A stretch of DNA of 64,000 nucleotides. Source: Spirochaetia bacterium (GTDB taxonomy: Bacteria; Spirochaetota; Spirochaetia; WTKD01; G963693115). The DNA is taken from positions 24,033 through 88,032 of the forward strand of contig CBDCGX010000003.1 in NCBI GenBank assembly GCA_965216965.1, in the 5' to 3' direction. A model generated the notes under the pieces. It was not told the origin of the DNA. It was given only the letters and a program-made list of their open reading frames with translations, and did not search any database. The position numbers and the translations under genes are program-made. Positions 1 through 12,186 of the stretch are shown here, piece after piece (position 1 is the first letter of the stretch; each line of letters opens with the position of its first letter).

Positions 1-1700
<1,700 letters not shown>

Positions 1701-1773
1701 GCGTAAAAAATTGTGAGATTATATAGCATTTTTTTATATATGTAGAACACATAGCTGATAAAATGCATTATCC

Positions 1774-3216
1774 ATGGTGGAATGTAAAGACATGGTAGTA
1801 ATGAAATTTGGCGGGACATCCGTACAAACTGAAAAACAGTTTAGAAATGTGGCATCTCTTATAGTTAAAGAAGCAGGTTTTCTTGATAAGGAAGGATCTT
1901 CTGTAAGGAGGAAAACAAAGATGTCAAAATCGCTTCTCGTTGTATTATCTGCGGTAAAGGGAACTACAGATTTGCTTTTAGAAGCAGCAGAAAGATCGTG
2001 GCGAGGAAATACATATAAAAAAACATATAGTCAAATCAAAAATAAACACAAGGCTATATGGAATGCATTGAGCAAAGGTGCTTCCTTCCCAGAAGACATA
2101 GAATCTGTTTTCAATGAACTTGAAGAATTACTTCACGGAATAAAGCTTATTAGAGAGTGTACATTAAGAACAAAAGATTTCATTCTTAGTTTTGGCGAGC
2201 GACTTAGTTGCATGATAATGGCGAAGTATGTAGCACAATACTTACAAGTAGATGTAGAATATCTTGATGCAAGAGAATGTATTATAACTGATGATAAGTT
2301 TGGAGAGGCATCGGTACAGTTTAAAAAGAGTTATAAAAGGATAGCAAGTCGAGTAAAAGAAAATAAGATTTATATATTTACTGGTTTTATAGCTTCGACT
2401 GTTAATGGAATTACAAGCACCTTAGGAAGGAATGGGAGTGATTATACTGCTTCACTTGTAGGAGCTGCACTTAACGCAGAACGGATTGAAATATGGACGG
2501 ATGTAGATGGGATTTTGAGTGCTGATCCCAACCTTGTAAAAGATGCGTTTGTTTTGCCATCTGTAAGTTACTTAGAAGCGATGGAGCTTTCTTATTTTGG
2601 AGCAAAGGTTATACATCCCCAAACGATTATACCTGTGTTCGAAAAGAATATTCCCATTCTTATAAAGAATACTTTTAATCCCACAGCAGAGGGGACATAT
2701 ATTATACAAAGGGATAAACGTAAAGATAAAAAGAATTCTTTAATAACTGGAATTGCTTCGGTACGCGACATGGCATTGCTTACAGTGGAGGGGGCTGGAT
2801 TGTCTGGTAATTTTTATCTCTTGCCACGAATATTTAATGTATTTGCGTATAATCATGTGCAACCACTTATGATTTCCCAGTCTTCGAGTAAACATAGTAT
2901 TTGTTTTGTGTTAAAAGAAAATAATGTAGTTGCTATGTCACGTCTACTGAGAGAGGAGTTTTCGAAAGAGCTTGAAGGAAAAAGAATACAAAATATTTCT
3001 ATATTAGAAAAGGTTTCTATTATTTCTGTAATTGGTTCTAATATGAGAGGAAGTTTGGGACTTGCGGGGACGGTGTTTCGTTCTATGGGAAAAGCAAAAG
3101 TAAATGTTATTGCAATAGCACAAGGGTCAAATGAAATAAATGTGTCTTTTGTAGTAAAGAAAGAGCATAAGAAAAAAGCCATCCAAACATTACACAGAGA
3201 GTTTTTTAAAAGCTAA
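1774..3216 (+). CDS. aspartate kinase (true start may be the ATG at 1792 or 1801)
   Basis: N-terminal MKFGGTSV kinase motif, GRNGSDYTA, WTDVDGILSADP, YFGAKVIHPQT. C-terminal ACT-like pair (SIISVIGSNM, NVIAIAQGSNEINVSFVV). Confidence 0.85.
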   Translation: MVECKDMVVMKFGGTSVQTEKQFRNVASLIVKEAGFLDKEGSSVRRKTKMSKSLLVVLSAVKGTTDLLLEAAERSWRGNTYKKTYSQIKNKHKAIWNALSKGASFPEDIESVFNELEELLHGIKLIRECTLRTKDFILSFGERLSCMIMAKYVAQYLQVDVEYLDARECIITDDKFGEASVQFKKSYKRIASRVKENKIYIFTGFIASTVNGITSTLGRNGSDYTASLVGAALNAERIEIWTDVDGILSADPNLVKDAFVLPSVSYLEAMELSYFGAKVIHPQTIIPVFEKNIPILIKNTFNPTAEGTYIIQRDKRKDKKNSLITGIASVRDMALLTVEGAGLSGNFYLLPRIFNVFAYNHVQPLMISQSSSKHSICFVLKENNVVAMSRLLREEFSKELEGKRIQNISILEKVSIISVIGSNMRGSLGLAGTVFRSMGKAKVNVIAIAQGSNEINVSFVVKKEHKKKAIQTLHREFFKS

Positions 3217-3251
3217 TATGTAGCAACGGTAAAAATTATATAATATGTAAT

Positions 3252-4584
3252 ATGCATTGTAAAAGCACACGATATTTTTTAGACACAACTAATCATGTTT
3301 TTGATAACACTGGTGTGTCATTTACGGATGCTGTATTTGAAGGACTTGCTTTAGACGGAGGACTATATTATCCTTCGTCAATAATAGATCTATCTCAAAT
3401 TATTTTATCTTTACCTCATGATATATCGTTTGTAGATCTTTGTATTAAAATTACCTATGGGTTGTTTTCGGATGAGTTTTCTATGGAAGAGGTAGAAAAA
3501 ATATGTAAACGAGCATTTTCTTTTTCTCCCATAGTGAGTCCCATAAATGATGAAATAATTTTATTGGAATTATTTCATGGACCTTCTTGTGCTTTTAAAG
3601 ATTTTGGAGCAGCATATCTTGCTTCGGTAATGGATCTTCATCTTAGTAAGACACGTTCACACACAACTATACTTACTGCTACAAGTGGAGATACTGGTGG
3701 AGCGGTTGCACAAGCTTTTTTTAGAAAAGAAAATATTAGAGTGTTTATTTTGTACCCGTCAGGGAGAGTAAGCCCTTTGCAAGAAAAACAGCTTACCGGA
3801 TTAGGGGGAAATATTATTGCACTTGAGGTAGATGGAAGTTTTGATGATTGTCAAAGAATGGTGAAAAAGATATTTGCTGATGAAGAATTAAGAAGTAAAA
3901 CCCTCCTTACGTCGGCAAATAGTATTAATATAGGGAGACTTATTCCGCAATCGTTTTATTATATATATGCTTGGAATATGCTAAGGCGTAGATGTGGTGA
4001 TGATATACTTTTTTTCTGTGCCAAGTGGTAATTTTGGGAATCTAACGGCTGGACTTTTGGCATGGAGGTGGGGAGTTCCACTTAAGCATTTTGTTGCAGC
4101 TACGAATAGAAATAAAATAGTTCCCGAATATATTAAAACAGGGATATATGCGCCACAGCCTTCTATACACACAATTGCAAATGCCATGGATGTTGGAGAT
4201 CCCAGTAATTTTGCACGAATGAAAGTGCTTTTTAATGAAATAAATATTCCTATGAGAGATATTATTTATGGAGAGTGGGTAACTGATTCTGATATTAAAA
4301 GTACTATACAAGATGTTTTTAATAAGGAAAAGAGGTATATTTGTCCTCATACAGCTGCGGGAGTCAAAGCTGCCCAAAGAGTTATAAAAAAGACTTCGTA
4401 TAATCAGGCAGTGGTACTTGCAACTGCAGCTGCGGGCAAGTTTTCTGAAGTTATAGAGTCAATATGTGGAGAAAAACCGCTATTTCCTCATCAATTAGAG
4501 ATGTTTTTGGATAAGATGATGTGTGTGAGGCATATTTCTACAGATGAACAGATTGTAAAAGACATAATTTGCTCTTTTTTGTAG
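3252..4584 (+). pseudogene. thrC: threonine synthase, split into two overlapping ORFs (3252-4031, 3994-4584) by a 1-nt frameshift
   Basis: HGPSCAFKDFGA (PLP-lysine motif) and TATSGDTGGA lie in the first ORF; FSVPSGNFGNLTAG and DVGDPSNF lie in the second. The frames switch at a T7 run (4009-4015). T6 would read ..DDILFSVPSGNFGN.. as one ORF of about 443 codons. Confidence 0.85.
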
Positions 4585-4625
4585 CATGGAAACTTTTGTT
4601 TTTTAAATATTGTAGAAAACTTAAT

Positions 4626-4652
4626 TAAATTGCTTAAAAGAATAACCGATTA
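4626..4652 (+). promoter_or_regulatory. possible sigma-28 (FliA)-type promoter: TAAA (4626-4629) - N15 - ACCGATTA (4645-4652)
   Basis: Spacing is exactly that of the TAAA-N15-GCCGATAA consensus. The -10 matches 6/8 including the CCGAT core. It ends 22 nt before the ATG at 4675. Confidence 0.35.
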
Positions 4653-4674
4653 TTAATATAGGTATATTAATAAC

Positions 4675-7473
4675 ATGAATGAAAAACAGTTACGAGCATT
4701 TGAAAAACACCTATTAAAGTTTGGAGATGAGCAAAGATCTGAAGAGAAGCCTTTTGTTTCGATTTTTGACATGACTAGCACTGAAAGTTTTTTTAAACAA
4801 CAAAAAGAAAAACTTTCTAGTCTTTTAAAGAGTGTTATTCCTGAAAATTTAGATGAAGAAGATGAGGATGATACTAAAGATACCATTGATGATAGAGAAA
4901 CACCTACTAAGCAAAAAACTGAGATAGTAACAAAAGATGCTTTAGCACAAACAGGGGAAGGGGGAGAGGAAGCTACTTTTCCTGGAGATTCTGATAATGA
5001 TATTGATTTTGAAGAAGAGATTGAAGAATCTGAAGAAGAGATCAGTGAGATAGAAGAGGAGTTAGAACAAGAGATAGAGGAAGAAATTGAAGGACCAGTT
5101 GCATTTGGGCTTCCTTCGGAGTATAAGGACTTTAAGGATTATTTACTTCCATCTGTAGATGATGTATTTAGACCACTTTTAAAACATACTGCAATTTCTG
5201 ATATTGTTCTTGCGGGAACCGATAATCTTAAAATAGATGAAGATATTGATGAAAAGATATTAGAAGATGATTATGACTTTTTTGAACAAAAAAAAGCACA
5301 GGAAGCTGAAAAAGATCTAACGGAAGATGATAAGAAATTATTCTTATCAAACTTAGATTCATATAATGTCTTTATAAAGAAAACAATTATACATATTTTA
5401 ACGACTAATGAATTAAGCGAAGAGTGTCGGAAGCTTATAAGACTTGTGATTAATGGAGCAAGGGCAAGAAGTGTTTTACACGAGTGTGAAAAAATACTAA
5501 ATATAGAGTTGAATGTTCCTAGTGATTGGGTAATATATACAAATAAATCTCTCAAAACAAAGTTGTTGGGTGCTGCTGAAATAATTCAAATGACAGTGTA
5601 TTTTGTTGGTGTTAGCGTTTTCCCAATTGTTGCAAGCATTACTGTTATCTTTTTTATTAGTTTCTATTTTATTGTAGAACCAGTTCGGGCTCTTATACAA
5701 TATAGATCAGGATATGAGGCATTGATAGGTGAAAATTATGAAAAAAGTGAGAAATGTTTTGTAAGAGCATCAAGTATATGGCATATGCAAAAATATTATT
5801 TCAAATATGCCAATGAATATATTACTCAAAAAAAATACGGAGAAGCACAGAAGAAATATGAACAACTTCTTTTTGGGTTAGATAATACTTTGAGAAAGTA
5901 TGTTAAGGAATCTGTTTTAAATAAAAAATATTCGTCATTACATTATGTAGGAGGACAATATAGACAATTGAATACATTTGTCAATTTTTCTCGTAAGGGG
6001 TTTAATAGACTTGTCTCATTAGAAAGGGATGTGTTTTTAAATTTTGATACTGTGGAAAGATACCAGGGTTTTTGGATTATAAAATTTCCATCTGATAAGA
6101 AAATGTATATGTCAATTGGAGACACCTATGTACAATGGTATGATATAAATAAAGAAAAATATCTCTTAGATAAGGCACTTGAAAATTATTCTAAGGCAAT
6201 TATAATTTCAAACTCTTCTGATGAATCATTACTTAGGCGAGTACGGTATGCGGTAAGAGTAGGAGAGGAAGAGTATTTAAATAAAATACAACGGGTATTG
6301 TTAATGCCAAAAGAAAAGGCTGATATAGATATTGTATTTAATCCATATATGGAGCTTGTTGAATATAGAATAAATAAAGGACAGGCAAACTATGTAGCAG
6401 AATTATTAGATAAAATACGTGTTACACACCCAGATTATTCTGAAATACCCTATCTGTATGCATTGTACTATGGAATGATAGGAGACTCTAATAAATATAA
6501 GCAATCTCTTTTAGAGGCAAAGCAAAGATATGCTTCGGAGACGTTATATGGGAAAAAATATATTCGTGCGATTAATGTTAATATTTTGTTGGCAAAATAC
6601 ATGTTAGATCAAGAAGTAAATATCAAGGCAGCAAATAATATTTTATATACTGCAGAAAAGCAATATACAGACATAAAAAGAATATCTCGATTAAAAGATA
6701 TTTCTGTAATAGAAATGAGGATATACCTTTTAAAAACAAAGATTGAATTATTAAATAATAATGTAAATCGTGCACAAGTATACTTGTCAAAAATAGTAGA
6801 TACAGAAAATAAAGATGCAGATACCATTGGATATTATCAAGGATTAATATATTATTTATCAAGGGATTTTAGCAAGGCATCTAAATTATTTGTATCATTT
6901 ATAAATAAAAAAACTGAAGAACTTTCATTTGATAATATAAAAGAGTTTAAGAGTGCAATCGTAGATGTTGATTCTGATGTGTATAGTTATGTATACCCTC
7001 GTAATAGTATTATAAATACACCATTAAAGAATAAAGAAGACATATTCTTAGTAACGGGAAACGCTCTACACCTTGCAGAAAACTATGCTGTATCTGCAGT
7101 AATGTATCAAAAAGCGATAGAGAGTATACGTGATAGCAATATAGAAGAAATAGGAAGAAAGGATATTCAATATAAAACCTCTCTCTATAGGTTGTCTCAG
7201 TTGTTAATAACTGTAAAAAATAATCTGGGAGTGTCTTTATATTATTTGTCTCAAACAAAAAACAACTCTGATGAGTCTAATAATTTATTAGAAGAGTCTC
7301 TCAAGAACTTAAGAGATGCAAATACAATGGTCCAAAACCTTTATAGAGATAGCAATGAAAGTACTCGTTTATTTAGGGTTGATTTGCCCGAGCAGAATAT
7401 CTCACAAATATTAAATAATAAAGATAATCTTTCTATTTATTCTGATATTGGATTCCTTTTTAAAGAATTATAA
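4675..7473 (+). CDS. hypothetical 932-aa protein: acidic N-terminal region, central hydrophobic hairpin, long TPR-like helical C-terminal region
   Basis: Long uninterrupted ORF. Glu/Asp runs (EEEIEESEEEISEIEEELEQEIEEEIEG). One ~35-aa hydrophobic stretch (MTVYFVGVSVFPIVASITVIFFISFYFIV). After that, repeated Y/A/K-rich helical segments typical of TPR-like repeats (e.g. YEKSEKCFVRAS, KKYGEAQKKYEQLL, ALENYSKAIII). Confidence 0.6.
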   Translation: MNEKQLRAFEKHLLKFGDEQRSEEKPFVSIFDMTSTESFFKQQKEKLSSLLKSVIPENLDEEDEDDTKDTIDDRETPTKQKTEIVTKDALAQTGEGGEEATFPGDSDNDIDFEEEIEESEEEISEIEEELEQEIEEEIEGPVAFGLPSEYKDFKDYLLPSVDDVFRPLLKHTAISDIVLAGTDNLKIDEDIDEKILEDDYDFFEQKKAQEAEKDLTEDDKKLFLSNLDSYNVFIKKTIIHILTTNELSEECRKLIRLVINGARARSVLHECEKILNIELNVPSDWVIYTNKSLKTKLLGAAEIIQMTVYFVGVSVFPIVASITVIFFISFYFIVEPVRALIQYRSGYEALIGENYEKSEKCFVRASSIWHMQKYYFKYANEYITQKKYGEAQKKYEQLLFGLDNTLRKYVKESVLNKKYSSLHYVGGQYRQLNTFVNFSRKGFNRLVSLERDVFLNFDTVERYQGFWIIKFPSDKKMYMSIGDTYVQWYDINKEKYLLDKALENYSKAIIISNSSDESLLRRVRYAVRVGEEEYLNKIQRVLLMPKEKADIDIVFNPYMELVEYRINKGQANYVAELLDKIRVTHPDYSEIPYLYALYYGMIGDSNKYKQSLLEAKQRYASETLYGKKYIRAINVNILLAKYMLDQEVNIKAANNILYTAEKQYTDIKRISRLKDISVIEMRIYLLKTKIELLNNNVNRAQVYLSKIVDTENKDADTIGYYQGLIYYLSRDFSKASKLFVSFINKKTEELSFDNIKEFKSAIVDVDSDVYSYVYPRNSIINTPLKNKEDIFLVTGNALHLAENYAVSAVMYQKAIESIRDSNIEEIGRKDIQYKTSLYRLSQLLITVKNNLGVSLYYLSQTKNNSDESNNLLEESLKNLRDANTMVQNLYRDSNESTRLFRVDLPEQNISQILNNKDNLSIYSDIGFLFKEL

Positions 7474-7507
7474 ATAGCAATTTTTTCTTGAGCAAAAACA
7501 CTATGTG

Positions 7508-8209
7508 TTACTCGTTTGGGGTCTCAAAGAGAATAATAATATTATTATTCTCGTTTGTAAATGTTATTCCAGTAATACGCGTCTTATTATCTGCAAGTAT
7601 TTTATTTAATAAGAGAGAAAGGGCTTTGTTATTTGCAGGTATGCTTTTTGCATAAATTGTTTTGCTTGAAGCATTAATGGAATTATATTGTGCAAAGAGT
7701 ATCCATAGTTGTGTTTTATATGTGCTTAGTGCTGTTGGAGTAAACCCAAGTTTGAAATATAATTGTAGTGTTGGTGTGATTTGTTGAGATGAATTGATTT
7801 TTATAAGGCGAATTGCAGTCACTTGCAGTCCATTTTTTACATATTGTACAAATGCTCCATCGGTTTGAATATCAAACCCATTAGGCACCCATGCTTTTTT
7901 GCTGTTTATTTCCATATATTGCATCATTTTTTTTTCTGTTGCGTAACGTTCTATTTTCCACTCTGTGGTGAGAAGAGAGGGAGGGGTAGTTTGTGAGATA
8001 AATAAGAACTCACCGTTATTATTTCTATTGAATGCGTGAGGAACTATACCATTTGACATAGTGAAATTAATTGTTTTTTTAAGAGGTTCTACTTCTTTTT
8101 TTGTTTTTGTAACAAGCCAGTTTTTAGATTTCTGCTTTATTTCTTGAGAATATATAAAAAGAGGAAATAGGAGTAAGTTATATATTAGTATATAAATATA
8201 TAGTCTCAT
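7508..8209 (-). CDS. hypothetical secreted protein (233 aa)
   Basis: N-terminal hydrophobic signal-like segment MRLYIYILIYNLLLFPLFIYSQE. No motif recognised. Confidence 0.5.
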   Translation of the reverse strand: MRLYIYILIYNLLLFPLFIYSQEIKQKSKNWLVTKTKKEVEPLKKTINFTMSNGIVPHAFNRNNNGEFLFISQTTPPSLLTTEWKIERYATEKKMMQYMEINSKKAWVPNGFDIQTDGAFVQYVKNGLQVTAIRLIKINSSQQITPTLQLYFKLGFTPTALSTYKTQLWILFAQYNSINASSKTIYAKSIPANNKALSLLLNKILADNKTRITGITFTNENNNIIILFETPNE

Positions 8210-8388
8210 ATATTATAACTATATCATAGAAACGTATTTTATAAAAATACATGTTTATAAGAAGTTTTATAAAATAAACTATTGTAGTATACTATGAAAT
8301 AATGTATGGAGATTTTATAGTTTTTATTGATAAGAGAGTTCATACAGCTTTTAGAAAGCAATGCACGTACTAAAATATAATTATTAAA

Positions 8389-9618
8389 ATGAGTAGAGTC
8401 CGAACCTTATTTTTTCTATCTTGTGTATTCTTATCTTTTTCTTTTGGAGTACTATTTACGGTGTTTTTTCTTCCTGCAAAAAAGACATCTAATGATCAAT
8501 GCACTTCTATCACATGTACTACAGATGGTACTAAAGATTCTGTCAAGGTAGAAAAAGCAAGTACTCGTTTTTTAGAAAATACGCAGAAAGCTACAAATGA
8601 TTTTCTATCTGATGAAGATATAAATATTCGTGTATATGATCTTAGAAATAAAGGCGTAGTAAATATTACCACAGAGATATTAGCTTATAACTGGTTTTTT
8701 GAGCCTGTGCCCAAGGATGGTAATACCGGGTCAGGTTCAATAATAGATAAGCGAGGATATATTCTCACCAACTATCATGTAATTGCAGGCAGTCAACGTC
8801 TTTTTGTAACTCTTTGGGATGAAACAAGGGTTGAAGCTCAAATAATAGGAAGTGATGTAGAAAATGATCTTGCAATTTTAAAAATTGACGTTAAAAACAA
8901 AAATCTTGAAATTATTCCTATAGGTGATTCAGAATTGCTTCGCGTAGGTCAAAAAGTTATTTCTATAGGAAATCCTTTTGGTTTTGATAGAACGCTTACG
9001 ACGGGAGTTATATCTGGACTAAGGCGACCTATACGGAATAGTAATAATATTGTTATTCGTGACATGATACAAACCGATGCATCTATAAACCCCGGAAATA
9101 GTGGAGGACCTTTATTAGATTCGGAGGGAAACATTATAGGAGTAAACACTCTTATTTATAGTCCTACAAGAGGATCTATCGGTTTGGGGTTTGCTGTTCC
9201 CGCTGCAACTGTGAGACGAGTAGTTGATGATATTTTTACATATGGAAAAGTACAACGAGGATGGATAGAATGGAAGGTTCAGCCACTTTTTGGTGAGCTT
9301 GTGAAATACGCAAATCTTCCTGTAAATAAGGGACTTCTTGTTGTAAGTCTTCCAAAAACAAGTAATGCATATAAAATAGGTATTCGTGGGGGAAATAAAA
9401 ACAAGGCTATTCGATATGGAAGAACTATTATTTATATGGGAGGAGATATTATCACAAATATAAACGGCATTACAGTTTTCTCAACTTCTGGTTTATTGGA
9501 GGCATTAGAGCAGACTCGTCCTGGAGATGTAGTTAAAATAGAGTATATAAGGAAGAATAAAAAGAAGAAGGTAAATCTCATACTTTCTGATCGCCCTAAA
9601 GATTTAGTCATAGAATAA
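8389..9618 (+). CDS. htrA: HtrA/DegP-family serine protease with one PDZ domain, N-terminal membrane anchor
   Basis: Catalytic triad contexts TNYHVI, DLAILKI and GNSGGPL. C-terminal PDZ-like region (GLLVVSL...GDIITNINGI). Confidence 0.85.
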   Translation: MSRVRTLFFLSCVFLSFSFGVLFTVFFLPAKKTSNDQCTSITCTTDGTKDSVKVEKASTRFLENTQKATNDFLSDEDINIRVYDLRNKGVVNITTEILAYNWFFEPVPKDGNTGSGSIIDKRGYILTNYHVIAGSQRLFVTLWDETRVEAQIIGSDVENDLAILKIDVKNKNLEIIPIGDSELLRVGQKVISIGNPFGFDRTLTTGVISGLRRPIRNSNNIVIRDMIQTDASINPGNSGGPLLDSEGNIIGVNTLIYSPTRGSIGLGFAVPAATVRRVVDDIFTYGKVQRGWIEWKVQPLFGELVKYANLPVNKGLLVVSLPKTSNAYKIGIRGGNKNKAIRYGRTIIYMGGDIITNINGITVFSTSGLLEALEQTRPGDVVKIEYIRKNKKKKVNLILSDRPKDLVIE

Positions 9619-9619
9619 G

Positions 9620-11632
9620 ATGAAATCGCAATATTGTGTTCATACTTCGCATGTACCGTTTAAAATACAGTCTCCGTTTTCTGTAGCGGGAGATCAATCT
9701 ATTGCCATTTCAAAAATAATAAAAGGAATCAATGACAATCAAAAATTTCAAACGCTTAAAGGCGTAACAGGATCTGGAAAAACATACAGCATGGCAAAAA
9801 TTGTAGAAAAAATACAACGACCTACATTAGTACTATCTCATAATAAAACACTCGCAGCACAGTTGTATAGAGAATTTAAAGATTTTTTTCCTAATAATGC
9901 AATAGAGTATTTTGTCTCGTATTATGATTATTATCAGCCAGAAGCATATGTTCCTGGAAAAGATTTATTTATAGAAAAGGATGCGTCTATAGACGATGAA
10001 ATAAAGCGCTTGAGGCTTTCGGCGACTACAAGTTTGTATTCTCGGTTAGATGTGCTTATTGTGGCAACCGTAGCGTGTATTTATGGACTAGGAAATCCCG
10101 AAGCATATTCTTCAATGGCGATTGAGCTGTGTGTAGGAGAAGAACCAAGCCTTTCCGTTTTAAGTACTAAATTAGTAAATCTTCAGTATGAGAGAAATGA
10201 TGTTGCGTTAGAACAGTCTCGATTTAGAATACAAGATGATTGTATAGATATTTATCCTGCTTATGAAGAATGCATATATAGAGTTATTATGGAGTGGGAA
10301 AAAATAATAAGGATACAGAGACTTCATCCCATTACTTTTGAAATAGAAAGAGAGCAAGATCGATTATGCATATTCCCCGCAAACCACTTTGTAACACCAA
10401 AAGATCAGATGGATATTGCTATTAAAGAAATAAAAAAAGAATTAAAAGAATATCATTCATTTTTGACGAAAAATGATAATTTGATAGAAGCTCAAAGAAT
10501 TAAGTCTCGAACAGAATATGATCTTGAGATGCTTGCAGAATTGGGTTTTTGTACAGGAATAGAAAATTATTCCATGCACATGTCTGGAAGGAAAACTGGT
10601 GAGAGACCGGCAGTTTTATTTGATTATTTCCCTAATGATTTTTTACTGTTTATAGATGAATCGCACGTAAGCATTCCTCAAATTAGGGCAATGTATGCTG
10701 GAGATAGAGCAAGAAAAGAAAATCTTGTTAAGTATGGATTTAGGCTCCCATCGGCAAAGGATAATAGGCCCCTTACATTTAAAGAATTTGAAGAGGTAAT
10801 AAATAATTGTATTTTTGTTTCTGCTACTCCGGGTCCTTATGAAATAGAACACTCACAGAATATTGTAGAACAAGTTATCCGACCTACAGGATTACTTGAT
10901 CCAATTATATTAGTACAAAAGACAGAGGGGCAAGTAGAAGATCTTATTAATCGAATGAAAAAATGTATTTTAAGAAATGAAAGAATCTTAGTTACCACTC
11001 TTACTAAAAAAATGGCAGAACATCTTGCCGATTATTTTGTTGAGTTGGGGATAAAGGGAGCATATATTCATTCTGATTTGGGAACAGTTGAGCGGGTAGA
11101 AATACTTATAAAATTGAGGAATGGAGAGATTGATGTTCTTGTAGGAGTTAATTTATTGAGAGAAGGATTAGACCTTCCTGAGGTTTCGTTGGTGGCAATA
11201 TTTGATGCAGATAAGATAGGATTCCTTCGTTCCTCCACAGCTCTTATACAAACTATAGGCAGAGCTGCTCGAAATGTAAATGGATGTGTTATTATGTATG
11301 CTGATAAAGAAACCGATGCTATGCGAAGTGCTATTGATGAAACAAATAGGCGAAGAACTATCCAGCATAATTATAATCAACAACATGGAATAACACCAAC
11401 AACAATTAAAAAGGCAGTAAAAAACATCCTTGAGCGATCTATTGAAATAAAGAAAGATGCAATAAAGCACTCAATGGAATTTATAAAATCAAGTTATAAT
11501 ATTCTTGTGCCCAAAGAAAGAAAACAACTTATAAAAAAACTAGAAGATCAAATGAATGAACATGCAGAACGATTAGAGTTTGAAGAGGCAGCAGTTGTTC
11601 GTGATGAAATACAGGAGTTAAAAAAGACGTGA
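9620..11632 (+). CDS. uvrB: excinuclease ABC subunit B
   Basis: GVTGSGKTY Walker A, YYDYYQPEAY, FIDESHV, VGVNLLREGLDLPEVSLV, C-terminal UVR motif LEFEEAAVVRDEIQELKK. Confidence 0.95.
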   Translation: MKSQYCVHTSHVPFKIQSPFSVAGDQSIAISKIIKGINDNQKFQTLKGVTGSGKTYSMAKIVEKIQRPTLVLSHNKTLAAQLYREFKDFFPNNAIEYFVSYYDYYQPEAYVPGKDLFIEKDASIDDEIKRLRLSATTSLYSRLDVLIVATVACIYGLGNPEAYSSMAIELCVGEEPSLSVLSTKLVNLQYERNDVALEQSRFRIQDDCIDIYPAYEECIYRVIMEWEKIIRIQRLHPITFEIEREQDRLCIFPANHFVTPKDQMDIAIKEIKKELKEYHSFLTKNDNLIEAQRIKSRTEYDLEMLAELGFCTGIENYSMHMSGRKTGERPAVLFDYFPNDFLLFIDESHVSIPQIRAMYAGDRARKENLVKYGFRLPSAKDNRPLTFKEFEEVINNCIFVSATPGPYEIEHSQNIVEQVIRPTGLLDPIILVQKTEGQVEDLINRMKKCILRNERILVTTLTKKMAEHLADYFVELGIKGAYIHSDLGTVERVEILIKLRNGEIDVLVGVNLLREGLDLPEVSLVAIFDADKIGFLRSSTALIQTIGRAARNVNGCVIMYADKETDAMRSAIDETNRRRTIQHNYNQQHGITPTTIKKAVKNILERSIEIKKDAIKHSMEFIKSSYNILVPKERKQLIKKLEDQMNEHAERLEFEEAAVVRDEIQELKKT

Positions 11633-12000
11633 GATATATGTATGGACTACTGATAATCATAATGGCTGTTTTTGTAGTTTCTTGTAATAAAAGAGGACAA
11701 GAGACAATAAAAATCCCTTCTCGTCAGGTACTCAACAGCCCATTTGAATTTCTTATTCCTAAAGAAACATACAATCGAGTATATCAAAATAAAGATATAT
11801 ATTCGTCTGTTGTAACCATAGTGTGCCGTGGAGATATTTTACAACTAAGAGACACTGATGGGGAAAATGCCATACGGTTTATATGGTATAACGTTAGTTA
11901 TGGCGGTAAAGAAGGATGGATATTGGTGAGAGATCCTATAAAAGTTTCTTCAAAAGAACAGGCATATTATTTATCTAGAAGATTGATTTTAGATAAATAA
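11629..12000 (+). CDS. small lipoprotein, SH3b-like (probable start ATG 11638)
   Basis: Signal peptide plus lipobox MYGLLIIIMAVFVVSC. C-terminal YGGKEGWILVRD resembles the bacterial SH3 fold signature. Confidence 0.45.
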   Translation: MRYMYGLLIIIMAVFVVSCNKRGQETIKIPSRQVLNSPFEFLIPKETYNRVYQNKDIYSSVVTIVCRGDILQLRDTDGENAIRFIWYNVSYGGKEGWILVRDPIKVSSKEQAYYLSRRLILDK

Positions 12001-12186
12001 TATTTATAATAAACCATGATTTGTTTAACATTTTAAATAGATTTTCCCCTATATAAAACATATTAGAATAAACTTGTACTGTGGACATGAAAGTTGTATA
12101 CTATAATTATAAAGTTCTGTGGGAGAATGTGAGATGTTTTTTTTATTATTTGATAGAGAATAATAAAATATTTTTATTAATGGAGG

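Noticed and set aside
4651-4672. Perfect 10-2-10 palindrome TATTAATATAggTATATTAATA just before the ATG at 4675
   Set aside because: It is composed only of A/T apart from the spacer. Such palindromes arise by chance in AT-rich intergenic DNA, and I have no independent support for a regulatory role.
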